Shown piece by piece: positions 63,202 to 64,000 of a stretch of DNA of 64,000 nt. Positions within the stretch are counted from its first letter, which is position 1. The number at the start of each line of letters is the position of its first letter. The notes below the pieces were generated by a model. That model was not told the origin of the DNA. It saw only the letters and a list, made by a program, of their open reading frames with translations, and did no database searches. A program made the position numbers and the translations under genes. Origin of the DNA: Gemmatimonadales bacterium (GTDB lineage Bacteria > Gemmatimonadota > Gemmatimonadetes > Gemmatimonadales > GWC2-71-9); assembly GCA_046160105.1 (NCBI GenBank), contig JBJXGT010000010.1, positions 42,776 through 106,775 of the forward strand. The letters are read 5' to 3'.

Positions 63202-64000
63202 CTACGGCTCGGCCAGCACCTGCCGGCCGAGAAACCCGACCACTTCGCGGACTCCGACCGGGGTGAGCCACTGCTGCCACCGACCCTCCCGCCGTTCTCG
63301 CGGATCGTTCGACCGAACCAGCACGAAGCTGCCTAACGTGCCGCGGTCGACGAACAGGTAGTAGCGCCCCACCGGCTCGAAGTACCGCCACACCTCGTAT
63401 CCCGGCACCGTCCCCCGCGCCTGGCGGCGGAGCACTTGGATCGGGAGCCCCTCGCGGAGAAAGACCCGACCCCGATCGGTCTGCCACCCCGCCAGGCCCC
63501 GGGCCGGATCCGAGTAGAACGCGTTGGCGTAGATGACCCCGTCGTAGAACTGGGCCCGGCGCTCGTTGCCGGCCGATCGAGGCGTCGGATCTCGGACCCG
63601 CCAGAACCGAACCAGGAATTCCCGTTTGGCGGCCTCGCCGGCCTGAACCGGCCAGCCCGCCAGCTCGCTGGCCGGCGCGATCGCGGCCAACGGGGCGAAC
63701 GCCTGGTCGAGACCCAGCTCGCCGAGGCTTCCGAAATAGGTGTCGTCGGGCAGCCCCGCGGGGGCATTGGCGACCGCCGGGTCGACCAGAAAGCCGGTCG
63801 ATCGCGACACGGTCTGCTCGCCGAGGGCCATGTCGGCCTGGAGCCGGTAGCGGCCGGGAGCGAGCTCGCCGACCTCGAGCTGCCCGGTCAACAGCCCGAT
63901 CCCCGCCGCCACCCTGAGCCGGGTCGGACCGACCTGCTTCTTCACCGCGCCCGACTCGTCGGTCACCCGGACCGTAAGGCGGCCCTCGACCTCGGTGCCG
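63202..64000 (-). CDS. GWxTD domain-containing protein; N-terminal part lies outside the window
   Basis: FLVRFWRVRDPTP...ERRAQFYDGVIYANAFY...GWQTDRGRVFLREG...EVWRY. The frame stays open to the window end. Confidence 0.8.
   Translation of the reverse strand, partial: GTEVEGRLTVRVTDESGAVKKQVGPTRLRVAAGIGLLTGQLEVGELAPGRYRLQADMALGEQTVSRSTGFLVDPAVANAPAGLPDDTYFGSLGELGLDQAFAPLAAIAPASELAGWPVQAGEAAKREFLVRFWRVRDPTPRSAGNERRAQFYDGVIYANAFYSDPARGLAGWQTDRGRVFLREGLPIQVLRRQARGTVPGYEVWRYFEPVGRYYLFVDRGTLGSFVLVRSNDPRERREGRWQQWLTPVGVREVVGFLGRQVLAEP

Noticed and set aside
1-64000. Search for rRNA, tRNA, tmRNA, transposase/IS ends and prophage genes.
   Set aside because: Apart from the regions discussed above, the intergenic spaces are too short for such genes. 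None shows tRNA-like cloverleaf ends or IS-type terminal inverted repeats. No transposase-like ORF is present.

Overview
GC-rich bacterial chromosomal window; third codon positions are almost all G/C. Gene content (ADOP-type duplicated FtsX permease, GWxTD protein, CarboxypepD_reg-type TonB-dependent receptor) suggests a Gemmatimonadota- or Acidobacteriota-like organism, but that is inference only. I support about 55 protein genes. I found no rRNA, tRNA, CRISPR array, transposase or prophage. All calls rest on motifs read by eye from the ORF track; no database search was run. Many starts were fixed using 14 ATGA/GTGA stop-start overlaps and Shine-Dalgarno spacing. The track treats GTG and TTG as starts and often over-extends N-termini.

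Main content:
1. A conserved aroC-aroK-trmFO-xerC-hslV-hslU string. Its hslV-hslU junction is split by about 850 bp carrying an opposite-strand four-helix-bundle (23S rRNA IVS-type) gene framed by tandem 7-mer arrays (AGGACTC)n / (GAGTCCT)n. A gene-less copy of the same inverted arrays lies at 57.4 kb.
2. A type IVa pilus system in three loci:
- pilMNOPQ (13.5-18.4 kb).
- Minor pilins, a degenerate NtrC-like regulator and two tandem pilA genes with an exact sigma54 promoter (18.7-22.9 kb).
- pilBTC with comEA (48.7-53.7 kb).
3. The most interesting region (23-36 kb), between the pilins and a PilS/PilR-like pair. It holds five GT-C-like polytopic glycosyltransferase candidates (three tandem TMTC-like DUF1736+TPR paralogs and two PMT_2/ArnT-like), a DPM1-like GT2 and a SAM methyltransferase. 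The last four are translationally coupled to the kinase and regulator. I read this as a candidate lipid-linked periplasmic protein (pilin?) O-glycosylation system.
4. Smaller items:
- A copA-csoR operon with a consensus promoter placed for a leaderless transcript.
- A promoter-to-terminator structured RNA candidate at 45.7 kb.
- lptFG.
- A TsdA-like diheme cytochrome.
- A sense-strand-biased 8-mer, CGTTAGGY, that accounts for most TTA codons.
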